Positions 26,422-51,579 of a DNA stretch of 64,000 bases are shown piece by piece (the stretch's first letter is position 1; each line of letters starts with the position of its first letter). The notes below the pieces were generated by a model. It saw only the letters and a program-made list of their open reading frames with translations. It made no database searches and had not been told where the DNA came from. The DNA comes from Amoebidium appalachense (lineage: Eukaryota > Protista > Ichthyosporea). A program made the translations under genes and the position numbers. The stretch spans positions 1,986,231 through 2,050,230 of the forward strand of contig CAVNZM010000009.1 of assembly GCA_963693365.1 (NCBI GenBank). Reading direction: 5' to 3'.

Positions 26422-28093
26422 ATGTTTAGTGACTTTCGTAAAAACAATTCATGTTATGTTCAAATAATGGCACTGCACGATTCTATGCAAGTTGGTGCAC
26501 AATATGTTGGCTTTATTGATTGGAAAACTGCTTACGATTCTGTCTCCCCTGGTCTCCTATGGGAAAAGCTTGCTGCACGGGGTGTACCACACTGCATTGG
26601 TGTTCTGTTAGAAGCACTCTTGTCTCAAACCTATGGTAGAGCTGTGGTTAATGGGCATCTTTCATATGGTTTTGCTCGTACTAGAGGTCTCTTGCAGGGT
26701 TCATTGCTTAGCCCCTTTTTGTTTAACCTATTTATAGATGATTTGGCTGTCAAGATTTACGCCGAAAACGATGACCCTATTAATAACTTTCCGCCTGCAC
26801 TTCTCTATGCTGATGATCTGTCCCTCCTTGCCCGTACCCCTAGACGCCTGCAAAGATTGTTCGATGTAGTGTCAGAGTGGTGCAAGGCAAACCTTATGAT
26901 CCTTAACATAGACAAATGTGGTGTTCTTGTACCTGATATAGCTAACAATTTACACACATTTACATTATCATCTAAACCTGTACCTATAGTTCCAGAATAC
27001 AAATATCTTGGTGTTCCGGTTGATTCTGTTGGTGTTATGTTTCCCCATATGGTCGAAAAGAGGGTAGAGTTGGCTCGTAAGCGGTTAGCTTTCTTCTCGG
27101 CTAATATTTTTAAAGACACACCCCTCCATCCTTCTATTAGACTTACATTTATTCGCACTTTTGTCTTCCCGGCATGTGAATATGGTTTACCCCTTCTCGC
27201 CGCTTGGATCAAGAAAGAGAGAACTAGAGCGCTTAAACCCTTGGCAAATTTCCTTGAAGCAGAAGTTGCCTCCTTTCTATGTAACAACTGTTGTAAACCT
27301 GGGCCTGTAACGCTCTCGATATATGGTCTGGTCCCAATAGCTGCTAGAGTATCCTATCTCGCGCTGAAATTCAATAAGCACATAAGCCGCTTAAAGAAGT
27401 ATTTGCCCTCCCACCCTCTCTTCTCTATCCGACCTGTCCCCTCCTCACCTCTCCCCTCTTTCCTCCCCTCTCTCTCCCCTTCTCCCCTGGGCACAAATAC
27501 AAATAAACCCCGCAATAGTGTGTGTGTGACTTTGGACTGCCACTTACTTATTAATTAAACATGTACACAATCACAAGATAATCACGCAATATAACAAATG
27601 GAAAAAGATACCACACGACACTAGACCCGATGAAAGCATACACCTTGAAAAACTAAGCCTTATGTCTCGTTTTATATATACTGACCGCCTCAACCATATT
27701 GCCAAATATGGCACTCGCAAGTGTATAACACCTAAATACATATTACCTTCCTGTAGAACTGGTCTTTCTCTAGCTGATGGTATTATTGATCAATTACCAC
27801 GCTTTTACTGTACACGTGCTATACAGTGGAGATCTAATAAGTATAAGGTGGCATCATTTGCATGCCCAAACAACACACACACACACCAGTTTAACCGGTC
27901 ATGTATCGCCAAATGTAGTTTGATAGACCACATAATACCGCAACACACACACGTCACATTCACAACAGACACCCAGAAAGATAGCCTACCTGTAAATTAC
28001 AACATCCTTGATTTTATACTAAACACGCGTAACTACGACCTGTTTATTAGATGTATTGATTGGCTTGAGAAACACATCACTACAAAATTATAG
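26422..28093 (+). pseudogene. Reverse transcriptase ORF of the non-LTR element, 5'-truncated and broken by one frameshift near 27551-27558
   Basis: ORF 26422-27558 stops at TTAATTAA. The next frame is open from 27530 to 28093 and includes CPNNTHTHQFNRSCIAKC and ILDFILN. Confidence 0.8.
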
Positions 28094-28113
28094 CGCACGC
28101 GCACACACACACA

Positions 28114-28166
<53 letters not shown>

Positions 28167-28222
28167 CCAGCTGATACCGAGTGTCCCGAGGGGAGCCCCT
28201 TTAAAAAAAAAAAAAAAAAAAA

Positions 28223-28265
<43 letters not shown>

Positions 28266-28489
28266 AAAAAAAAAAAAAAAAAAAAATAAAAAACGGGGAA
28301 CCCCAACTAATTGATTTCTCCTTGTAGTCTTTATGGTGTCTCGTAGAGAAAGTAAACCCTGATATATAGTCACCACCCGACATCTATGTACGTGATCATG
28401 ATATACCGCTGAGGGGATATTCCGAGCAAACCCCCCCCCCCCCTACCTGAGACTGGTTCTCTTTGCCTCGAGTAAACAGCGTAAACCCC
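26432..28489 (+). mobile_element. 5'-truncated non-LTR retrotransposon: RT domain, C-terminal Cys/His region, (CA)n, internal poly(A) and a ~195-nt 3' tail
   Basis: RT motifs FRKNNS, FIDWKTAYDSV, GLLQGSLLSPFLFNLFIDDL, YADD and YKYLGV. Segment 27780-28489 is nearly identical to the reverse complement of 49604-50279. The 5' boundary is approximate and no TSD was found for this copy. Confidence 0.9.
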
Positions 28490-28835
28490 TGTGCACTTTT
28501 GAGCTGTCAGAGTCTGTTCTGTTTCGTGTGACATGTCACGTACGCGTTCATATGAGCGTCTTGCCTCACCCGTCCACGTTCTCATAACACATTTTTTTCC
28601 CCCTCCACCATTGTTTTTTTCCTCGTCGTGCTTTTATTCTTCCCCCAATATACGCACACCTGAATATCCTGTCACTTTCGTGTTCACCGATTTTGCTTCA
28701 GACAATCTCAGGATCTGCTTGGTGTTAAAGTGACTACAGGACTCGGTGTCACAGCCACTTTTTTTTATTGCCTGAAAGTGGGACTCTTTTTCTACGCAGA
28801 GTAATAAACTTCTTCGCTCTTGGGCCAAAGTTACC

Positions 28836-36954
<8,119 letters not shown>

Positions 36955-37978
36955 CATCTTCCAACGACCTTATTTGGGTATTTAATGAGTTATGCGACTA
37001 TATATGGTTATTTTTTGAATGATACGATGGGTGTGAGTGGTATGGGCCGGAGAGCATAGAGTTGAAGATATGACATTGTTCAACATGAAATAGTTATTTT
37101 TTCCCCTCCCTAATATCTCTCTTCTTGCTTTTTTCCCCTTTTCTTTTTCACTTTTCACTGGTGTCAAGAGTTTGAGGAGAGTGGATGGCGAGGAATGGGA
37201 GTTATATATGTATATTTCACACAAATCGGCAGCAACGGGCTGGGGCTTTGGGGGAGGGGGGAGGGAATCATATCGTGGCTGCAGAAAAAATCACCCGAAA
37301 ACGAAAAGATCGATTTTGCCCATATTAGAAAGGCCGAAAATGTTTCACCACACGGGGTATATGTAGGGTATATATAGGATGTGTACGAAAGATTTTTCGA
37401 CGTAGGAGCTGGGGTCAGTATGTGTATGGGTCTTCAATCTATAAAAGGTGATTTGTCCGTTTGAATGGCTCAACTGTGGAGTGGGCAAACACTCTTTCTC
37501 CCTCCCCTTCACCACTCACACCACCCTCGGAAATGTAAACAACACATACATTAGCCCACCCTTACCCTGCCCCTTCCCCAGGTTCAATGACAAAACCCAC
37601 AAAGGAAACGTTTTGTTATCATGATAGAATGGTATTGGGTATAATTCATCACAGCAAGCTGGCTTTTTGATTTTGTTTTCTTTGTGTGCACCAAGAATAA
37701 TTTTTTGGAGTCAGCAGCCTTCGGAATATGGTGTTATATAATATGGACCTGCACAAGTTTTTAATTGGTCCCTCGAGTTTTCGATCCTGAACGTCTGACT
37801 AATTTCACTTTTATCTCATCCTCTTTTCCAGACATCAGACCAGATCCTCTCCATCTCCATATCCCAATTATCCTTTCCCTCACAAACACAAGCCCCCCCC
37901 CCCCCCCCCCCCCCCCCCCAAACCCCCCCCTGCCCCCCCCCTCCCCCCCCCCCCCCCCCCCCCTCACACACGCACACA

Positions 37979-38043
<65 letters not shown>

Positions 38044-38174
38044 CCTCCTCCCCTCTTCCCCTTCTAAACCCAGCTATATGGGCTTCCCCAAACGGGCACA
38101 TCACAGAGACATGCCCATGTACGCATGCGTACACACGAACACGTGTGCATATCCACGCAAACAAACACCCGCAT

Positions 38175-38206
<32 letters not shown>

Positions 38207-38213
38207 CCATATA

Positions 38214-38245
<32 letters not shown>

Positions 38246-38306
38246 TACACACACATACACACACACACGCGCGCGCGCTCACGCGTGCACACACATACAC
38301 ACACAG

Positions 38307-38936
38307 GCACGAAGGTACACTTTGAGGTATCTGCCAGTGTTGCATCCGATGAGATTGTCCTTGTGGTTGGGAGTGCCCCCGAGCTCGGTAACCACACCTT
38401 CCACCTTTGGATGACCCTGCACCCCCCCCCCCCCCCCCCCCCCCACCACCACCACCACCACCACCACCACAACCCACCCACGTGCACCCACCCTCACCCC
38501 AAAACACACACCCCACCCCACCCCTTTTTGTGCCAATACAAATAGTTGGCCACGGGGATATGACATGCCGGGTTTGGGTGGATCTTTCAGGGTGGCAGCG
38601 CGTGCATGTGTATCCGGATGTGTGTGTGTGTGTGCGTGTGGTAGCGGTGATGGTGGTGGCCGGGAAAGCGTGTGTGAGTGTGTTTGGGTGGGGAGGGGGG
38701 GGGGGGGGGGGGGGGAGGGGGGAGGGGGAGACAGGGAGACCCTTACGAGTATGTTAGTCCCTCAATTTTCACCCCCGTCATGATTTATGTTTTGACCATT
38801 TCTCTCTTAGGCCAGTGGGACCCTCACCAAGGTGTATCCATGAGGAGGCTGGAGGATGACCGCTGGGCTGCTGACGTCACATTCACACTGACAGACCCTG
38901 CCGGTGAGAACCCCCCCCCCCCCCCCCCCCCTCCAC

Positions 38937-39010
<74 letters not shown>

Positions 39011-40319
39011 GGCTCGTTTATGGTCGAGGCGGGTTGAGTCGCTTAACTCTGTTGGAAGCAATTGTATGTTGTTGGGAGGCTTGCAAGTGCACAAGGTTAT
39101 AAAGTATAAAATCTACGTTGGGTGGAGGCATAGGAAGCCCTCTGGTAATGGGCTCTGTCCAGATGCCTTCTGTCTGCACATGTTACTTTGTGTCTGATTT
39201 ATGGTCTTGTGTTGTGGTTCTTACGTGTTTCCACCTTATACCCCCCCTCTCCCCCCCTCCCCCCCATCCCTTAGCCTTCTCCCCCTCCCCCCCCCCTCCC
39301 CTTCCGTTGTTTCCTTCTTGACTTCCCCTCTTTTGATCTCTCGCTCCCTCTTTGCTACATATATGGTCTGGGGGAGAGAGAGAGGGGGGGGGGGGGGGTC
39401 AGGGGGGGATATTTTGACGTATACTGCCTTTAAAGGAGACTTGGGGGATGGTTTTCAAATAAAAATTGGGGGTGCGCAGCCGATCAAGATCAACCAAATT
39501 CCATAATTGATCCAGTCGGTCAATCGAGGCCGGAAGGTCCGAAAATTCAACTTTCAATATAAACCCCATGTCATTTGTGAGAGAATTCACGCAGAAACCG
39601 GGGAAGAAAATGAAATCTTGATTATAAAGTGGGGGTTGGTTGGTTAGGATTTATGTATCTCTACCAGTGAAAAAATCTGGTTCGAGCTGCGCGTTATCGC
39701 TTAGCGTAAGCATATATGGAGTGGGTAGAAATCGATTTTTCCAAGGGCTGACACATCGACATCCTTTATGTAAATGCCCCCCACTTTATTAGTAGGATTT
39801 TTTTTTCAGGGCAAGTTTCTGCGTGAATTCTCTCACAAATGACGTGGGGTTTATATTGAAAGTTGAAATTTCGGACCTTCGGGCTTCGATTGACCGACTC
39901 GATCAATTATGGAATTTGGTCGATCTTGATCGGCTGCGCACCCCCAATTTTTATTTGAAAACCACCCCCCAAGTCTCCTTAATCGGCTCTCATCTACTTC
40001 CCAACCATTGAATGGGTTATGATATCACTCTTTTATAATGCTGTTCAGTCAATAATCCGTCCCCGGTGGAAGTTATCTGAGAAGGGGGATGAATCAAAGA
40101 ATGGCATGTAAATATGGACACAAACACAGCACGCCACTTCGGGTTTTCATCTACTAACCCCCCCCCCCCCCCCCCCCCCCCCCTTCCCTCCGCGCTTGAC
40201 CACGTCCAATATTGGAGCCTGCCCGAAATAAAAGACACAAAGACCTTGCCATGCAATCAGGAAAAGTCCCGCAGACACACACACGCAAGCACACACTCGC
40301 GCCTGCGCATGCGCGCGCG

Positions 40320-40363
<44 letters not shown>

Positions 40364-40387
40364 CGCCCACACATACGCGCACACACG

Positions 40388-40423
<36 letters not shown>

Positions 40424-40540
40424 TCAAGTATGTGGTGAGCAAGTCACATGACCGTGGCTGGTGCATGTGGGAGCACACCCCCAGCAACAGACACGTGCAG
40501 CCATCAAAGGGTCTCTCTCTCAACCACAAACTCCATGTAG
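38307..40540 (+). CDS. CBM20 starch/glycogen-binding domain protein, partial model; exons 38307-38387, 38811-38903, 40421-40540
   Basis: Spliced TKVHFEV...[21 protein letters not shown]...WAADV...EFKYVV...WEHTPSNR fits the CBM20 consensus (VxGSxxxLGxW, EFKY, WExxxNR). The first and last exons were not resolved. Confidence 0.8.
39434..39979. mobile_element. MITE with long TIRs (about 165-200 bp), Kolobok-like, in an intron of the CBM20 gene
   Basis: 39434-39598 is the near-perfect reverse complement of about 39815-39979. The termini are AGGAGAC...GTCTCCT, with TTAA on the left and an overlapping TTAA on the right. No coding capacity. Confidence 0.85.
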
Positions 40541-40708
40541 GTGCGTGACCTCCCTCTCTCTCTTTCTATCTCTCCCCCTCCCCCTCCCCCTCCCCCTCCC
40601 CATCCCCCTCCCCCTCCCCCTCCCCCTCCCCCTTCCCCTCCCCCTCCCCCTCCCCCTCCCCCCTCCCTCCCCCCTCCCTCCCTCCCTCCCTCCCTCCCTC
40701 CCTCCCTG

Positions 40709-40780
<72 letters not shown>

Positions 40781-40842
40781 CCCCCCCCCCCACCACCACA
40801 CACACACAAATACCAACCACCCAAACCCACCTTCACTCCCGT

Positions 40843-40888
<46 letters not shown>

Positions 40889-42011
40889 AAAAAAAGCGGG
40901 GGGGAGGGGGGGGGGTTGGGGGGTTCGGACCAATGATTGAGGTTCCAAAGCTAAATAGCACACAGGAGTGCTATTGTGGAGGCCTATTTTTAAAGACGAA
41001 ATGTGTTGGGTAAGCCACGGAGGATAATGGTGACATGGTGTTGGGAGAACGTCTGGGGGTGTGTAGCCTATGATGTGGAAGTGTCAGGTGTTTGGAGTCA
41101 GAATTACCGATTAATGTTATCTACGAAAGTTTTAAAACTAGTGAGTGGTGCGCAATATTTCTCATGTTGACGTGTGTTCTTGGGTATTCGTAATGGGACA
41201 TCCGCATACTTACCTTGTATTCTCGTTTATTCACAGAGTCTCACGACCATGTGAACAACATGGGGGCCACTCGTGAATCTGCCATGGCTTCCTGAGCCGA
41301 GACTGCACCTTTTTTTTTTTTTTTTTTAAGGGAGAAAAATGCTGGGTGCCACCCATCAAATTTTCGGTACTCTTTCTCGGGCGTACACGAGCTCCATTTT
41401 TCACGAAGGCAAACCGTTCTACACCACACATGCTTAGTCGAAAATTTTATTATTTTTTTAATTATTCTTTTTGCATACAGACACCTGCACACAGACATTA
41501 CTCCTGAGGACAAAAATACTGACGACTTGAGCCACTCAATTTTTTCTTATTCTCTTTCCGTTTTCTTAGTGCTCCATCCGGACACTTAAAAGTTATATCG
41601 TGTCTGGGCAGCAACCCCAGTGTCTTGCTATTTGTTTTATTCAAACAATAGGTTGAATGACAGTGTGTTTTTCTGTCTTTCTCGTATCAAGAATCCAATA
41701 TTGGATGGGTCCACAGCGGTACTTACATTGAACTTCAACAAAGTATCAATAGTAGTATATGCTATGGACTTTATGTAAAGGCTCATATATATTGCTGCTG
41801 TTAAATATGTTTATATCGCTGATACAGCACAAATGAAAGATTGAGTTATCTGTATACTCACGAGTGATATCTTGTACATATGACTTGAAATATTTCTTTG
41901 TATACTTCTAATCCACAGCCAATGTGTATATCAAAACCCATTGAATATGTAAGATACCAATGTCTAAATATGGAAATATACAATGAATATTCTCAAAAGC
42001 TACAGCGGTGC

Positions 42012-43311
42012 TGTTATGATAGAATAGTCTATCTGTTTATTCCTGCTCTTCCCAGTCACGTACTTAGCCTGTTCCCGCCTATCCCGCCCCCGACCGCCTG
42101 GGGCCGCATACGCCAGGAACCATAACTGTCTTCCTATTGGCTAGTACATAAGCCCGATCTATCCTGAGAGACTATCTGTAATCCTATTGGACGATGCATT
42201 CGCGGACTGGCATCCGCGCAGGTATATAAAGCAGCCGAACCGGATCCTTAGATGGTACCGGTGGATCCGAGATCTCAAACCACTTCCTGCGAACCTCTCT
42301 ACTCTCGATCCGCTATGTAGAAGTGATTCTCTCTTACAGAGGTCACAGGACCGAATCCTGCCTCTGCTCCACGTTTATTCTGATATGGTAGCATAGGATA
42401 GGGGCGTCACTGCCCACTTGAGATGGAGCACACGCTTACCCCTACGTGCTGTCAGACACGTCCATCGACAAGCTTCTACAAGCCACTTTCTTAAGTCCAG
42501 TCAACTTCTGCTCGTCACGACCATTTTAACTGCACTGAGGCCGACGGTGTTACACGTTGAATAGCTACATCTACTTCATCTTCGGTCACGGTACTACGAC
42601 ACTGGACGTACATCTCCTAGATCTTCTTTTCACTTCTTTTCATGTCGCAGCATGAACATCTTCCGGTCCGCTATTACACAAGGACACTGCTGAGCGCCCC
42701 TATGCTCACAACTCAACAGTTGCCCGAGAATCCAGCCTTGGATGGGTGAGATCTAAGGACTGAAGCGCTAGTGTAGTTTTGCGTTACTTTCATATGCTTT
42801 ATACCTGCAACTTATTTTGGGCCTCTCTGACAAGGGGTGCTACAATGCATCACCTGTAACTTTTTCTTTCTGCAGACATAGATTTCTGCCTTCGCTAGTG
42901 ACTGGCATATCGCAGAAGGGGTGTGTTATGATAGAATAGTCTATCTGTTTATTCCTGCTCTTCCCAGTCACGTACTTAGCCTGTTCCCGCCTATCCGCCC
43001 CCGCGTACCGTGGGGACCGCCTGGGGCCGCATACGCCAGGTGTGAACCATAACTGTCTTCCTATTGGCTAGTACATAATCCCGATCTATCCTGAGAGACT
43101 ATCTGTAATCCTATTGGACGATGTATTCGAGGAATGGCATCCGCGCAGGTATATAAAAGCAGCCGGACCAATCCTCAGATGGTACCAGTGGATCCGAGAT
43201 CTCAAACTCTTCCTGCGAACCTCTCTACTCTCGATCCGCTATGTAGAAGTGATTGTCTCTTACAGAGGTCACAGGACTGAATTCTGCCTCTGCTCCACGT
43301 TTATTCTGATA
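42012..43311 (+). mobile_element. TRIM-like non-autonomous LTR retroelement; LTRs 42012-42385 and 42924-43311, 538-bp non-coding interior
   Basis: Two direct repeats begin TGTTATGA and end CTGATA. There is a 5-bp TSD GGTGC (42007-42011 and 43312-43316), a PBS TGGTAGCATAGGA directly after the 5' LTR, a purine tract AGAAGGGG before the 3' LTR, and ATTGG and TATATAAA inside the LTRs. Confidence 0.92.
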
Positions 43312-43371
43312 GGTGCCTCCATTCAAATTCCCTCCCCTCCTCCCCCCCTCCCACTCACCCCCCACCCTGCT

Positions 43372-43403
<32 letters not shown>

Positions 43404-43426
43404 CCCCCCTGCCCTCGCCGGTGTCC

Positions 43427-43460
<34 letters not shown>

Positions 43461-44138
43461 ACCCAACCCCGTGCACCCCCACCCCCACCCCCCTCAACCA
43501 CCACTACCACTTCGAATTCGTGTATCCCCCCCCCCCCCCTCCCCCCCCCTTCCCCCCCCTCCCCCCTCTCCCCCCCGGCCCACCGGCCACCACCACCACC
43601 ACCAAAACCACGTGTACCACCACCGCCACTCCCCCCCCCCCCCCCCCCCTCCCCCCCCCCCCCCCTCCCCCGGCCCACCACCTCATGCATGATCATTCAT
43701 GACTGGCTACACCACTGTTACAAGCCAGCTTGAAAACCAAGAATGTGTAGCCACCTTTCGAGGAATTACACACTGGACCCCGGCAATGCAACATCATAAT
43801 TCGAATTCCGCTTGTGTAACTTCTAGGTCTAAAGGAATGTGTATATACGAGTGCACACCTGTGCACACCGTGACAGTGTATGAAACGCCATCGTGCACAT
43901 TTGTGTGTGCACATGTGTATGTGTTAACTCTGTCACTATGATCCGTGTTATACTTTGACTCGTCGTCCGAACTGATAATTATTACGATTAGATGCGTACG
44001 TGCATATATCACCTTCGCAAATCTATCACTTCACAGCAATCACATATCAAGTCGATGTGAGATGCACATTAATTAACTCTCCCCTTATGGGGGACAGGGA
44101 TGGGCACGCTGGGGATGGGACTGGGACTGGGGCAGGCC

Positions 44139-44173
<35 letters not shown>

Positions 44174-44600
44174 GGATGGGATTTTATAAGCATCAGTAAC
44201 AAGAAGTAAGGTGTAATGAAATTCTTGCCGCTCCTTCCGATAGCATCGGGCTGCACTGCAGCATGCAAGGCAACATGAAGTTAATTAACTCAAAACGATG
44301 CATATTTCAGATTGGGGTACATCTTGAGTAAATATTAATATTACCGACACACTATTTCTATTCAGGCAAGTTCAAAATGCAACAATTACAATATAGAGCA
44401 TGTCTAATAATAGATAGTCTTCATTAACGCTCGTCGTGGCCAATGCCAACCTTCATTCTGGTACCATACCAGACAAGACCCCCCCCCCCCCCCCCCCCCC
44501 CCTCCCTCCCCTCCCCCCTCCCCCCACCACAAACCAAAAAAATAAATAAACTAAAAATAAAAAACACATACACACATGCATACACACACGCGCAAAGCAC

Positions 44601-49369
<4,769 letters not shown>

Positions 49370-49498
49370 ACTGCGTGTCAGCTGAGCTTTTTTTCTCTGT
49401 TACAGAGTAAAAAGTGAAACCAAGGAAACGAAAGATCTGTGACTCCGTTGCGGGACCGGCAACTTAGAAGACTGTGCTCGGCCTCCGGGATGTAAATT

Positions 49499-49510
49499 TT
49501 TCGCGCCAAA
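49499..49510. promoter_or_regulatory. Double E2F-type site TTTCGCGCCAAA upstream of the BTB-WD40 gene
   Basis: Exact match to the overlapping E2F element known from the mammalian DHFR promoter, 130 bp upstream of the ATG at 49369. Confidence 0.45.
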
Positions 49511-49603
49511 ATATGTATGGCCCAATCAATCATCATCCGAGTCCCCCCAGAGGCTCCCAGCCCCAGGGCCTCCCTCGCACCATCTCCACATCGATATTTC
49601 TGT

Positions 49604-49798
49604 GGGGTTTACGCTGTTTACTCGAGGCAAAGAGAACCAGTCTCAGGTATGGGGGGGGGGGTTTTGCTCGGAATATCCCCTCAGCGGTATATCATGATCA
49701 CGTACATAGATGTCGGGTGGTGACTATATATCAGGGTTTACTTTCTCTACGAGACACCATAAAGACTACAAGGAGAAATCAATTAGTTGGGGTTCCCC

Positions 49799-49850
<52 letters not shown>

Positions 49851-49882
49851 GGGCTCCCCTCGGGACACTCGGTATCAGCTGG

Positions 49883-49961
<79 letters not shown>

Positions 49962-50279
49962 TGCGCTATAATTTTGTAGTGATGTGTTTCTCAAGCCAAT
50001 CAATACATCTAATAAACAGGTCGTAGTTACGCGTGTTTAGTATAAAATCAAGGATGTTGTAATTTACAGGTAGGCTATCTTTCTGGGTGTCTGTTGTGAA
50101 TGTGACGTGTGTGTGTTGCGGTATTATGTGGTCTATCAAACTACATTTGGCGATGCATGACCGGTTAAACTGGTGTGTGTGTGTGTTGTTTGGGCATGCA
50201 AATGATGCCACCTTATACTTATTAGATCTCCACTGTATAGCACGTGTACAGTAAAAGCGTGGTAATTGATCAATAATAC
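49604..50279 (-). mobile_element. Second, heavily 5'-truncated copy of the non-LTR retrotransposon, with TSD
   Basis: Reverse complement of 27780-28489 with very few differences. It is flanked by the direct repeat TTCTGT(G) at 49598-49603 and 50280-50285. Confidence 0.92.
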
Positions 50280-51548
50280 TTCTGTGTCGCGAGTATGGGG
50301 CATACGGTCTCTCTCCATCTACATATGCCCACGATTAAGGTCTAACGGTTCAAAGTCCGGGGTTCTATAGCGATCTACGGCCAATATTGCAAATTCGTGA
50401 GCAATCAATTACATTTCTGGTACCCCCTTCAAATTTACCGTTACGCAAAGCGCCGGACCGCAGTGAAAACAAGGAAAAAACACAGTCCGCGAACGGTGAG
50501 TTCCCTCAGACTTCCACGTAATTTTCCGTGTATATTCTTCAGGTTATGCCCCTTTTTGTACTTGGCGCCAGACACCAATTACCACTGCTTTTTCCCGCTT
50601 CTCATTAGACCTAAATTAGGGCCAGTAGACCGTTCAACCGTGGCTCATGCATGTGCAGGATGCGGTGCGTGCAGGAGAAGCAATGGCTCAGGGCTGGTGA
50701 TGGTGTTCGCAGTGCAAGGGTAGAGAACTGCCGAGGTGAAGGTGTCCAACGTACAGGAAAAGAAGACACACTTTGCAGGAATTAAATTTGCCCGAAAACT
50801 TTATGCTTGCGCGCTAAGCAACAGGGTCTGCCAGACCAAAAGGTCTTCAGCATACTGCAGCCAGCGGTGCAGTGCCAAGGGCTTCCAGCACCCCGTATAA
50901 GTGCTGTGTGTGCATGCCTAGTGCTCGTGTAATACGTTTAACAGCTTTGATATTGGGGGCTGCAGCTTCGTGTTTCTTTGCGGTGCTACAAAACGAGGTG
51001 CCCTCGCTCAGGGAGGGCAAAAATAACTATGTGATTAGCTCACATTTGGTGCGATGTTCCGTGTTTGTCCCTCCCCCCCCCCCCCCTCCCCTCCCCCCCC
51101 CCCCCCCCCCCCCTCCCTCCCCGGGCACTCCCCGGCCCCCGCTGTCGCACACGGACGCGTTGGAGTTTGACTGTGCACCTCCGTCTGTGCGGAGTGTTAG
51201 GTCTGTGTGTGGGTACGAAGATGATGTCTGAGTTGCACGACAGAGAGTCAATATATATATGATCATGGGGCCCTGGGGGTAAGAAGATGGTGGTGTACGT
51301 AGTAACTATATTGTGTGCTTGTGTGTGGTGAAGGGGAGGGGGAGGGGTTGTCAGTGAGCCTGGAAAATTTTGGAATAAACTTCCACCGTGTTTGTGTGTG
51401 CTTGAAGGCCCGGAGGAGAGAGGCCGGAAAGGGGGGGGGGTCCTCTTACACTTTTCTTCTGGCAAGCTAATGGTATCGTTTAAAAATATGTTTAGCTTTT
51501 TCATGAACTGTGGCGGGGTTTGCGTGTGTGTATGTGTTGTGTGTGAGT

Positions 51549-51579
<31 letters not shown>

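Noticed and set aside
28294-28489. Tail as a known snRNA, tRNA, telomeric repeat or ribozyme
   Set aside because: No U-snRNA, tRNA cloverleaf or hammerhead core was recognisable by eye, and TAAACCC is not tandemly repeated. An Rfam search is still needed.
39399-40011. Two near-identical 62-63 aa ORFs on opposite strands
   Set aside because: They are the two arms of the MITE inverted repeat.
43114-43692. 192-aa ORF and the related 69-aa ORF at 42187
   Set aside because: Both are frames through the two LTR copies with non-ATG starts and no gag or pol similarity.
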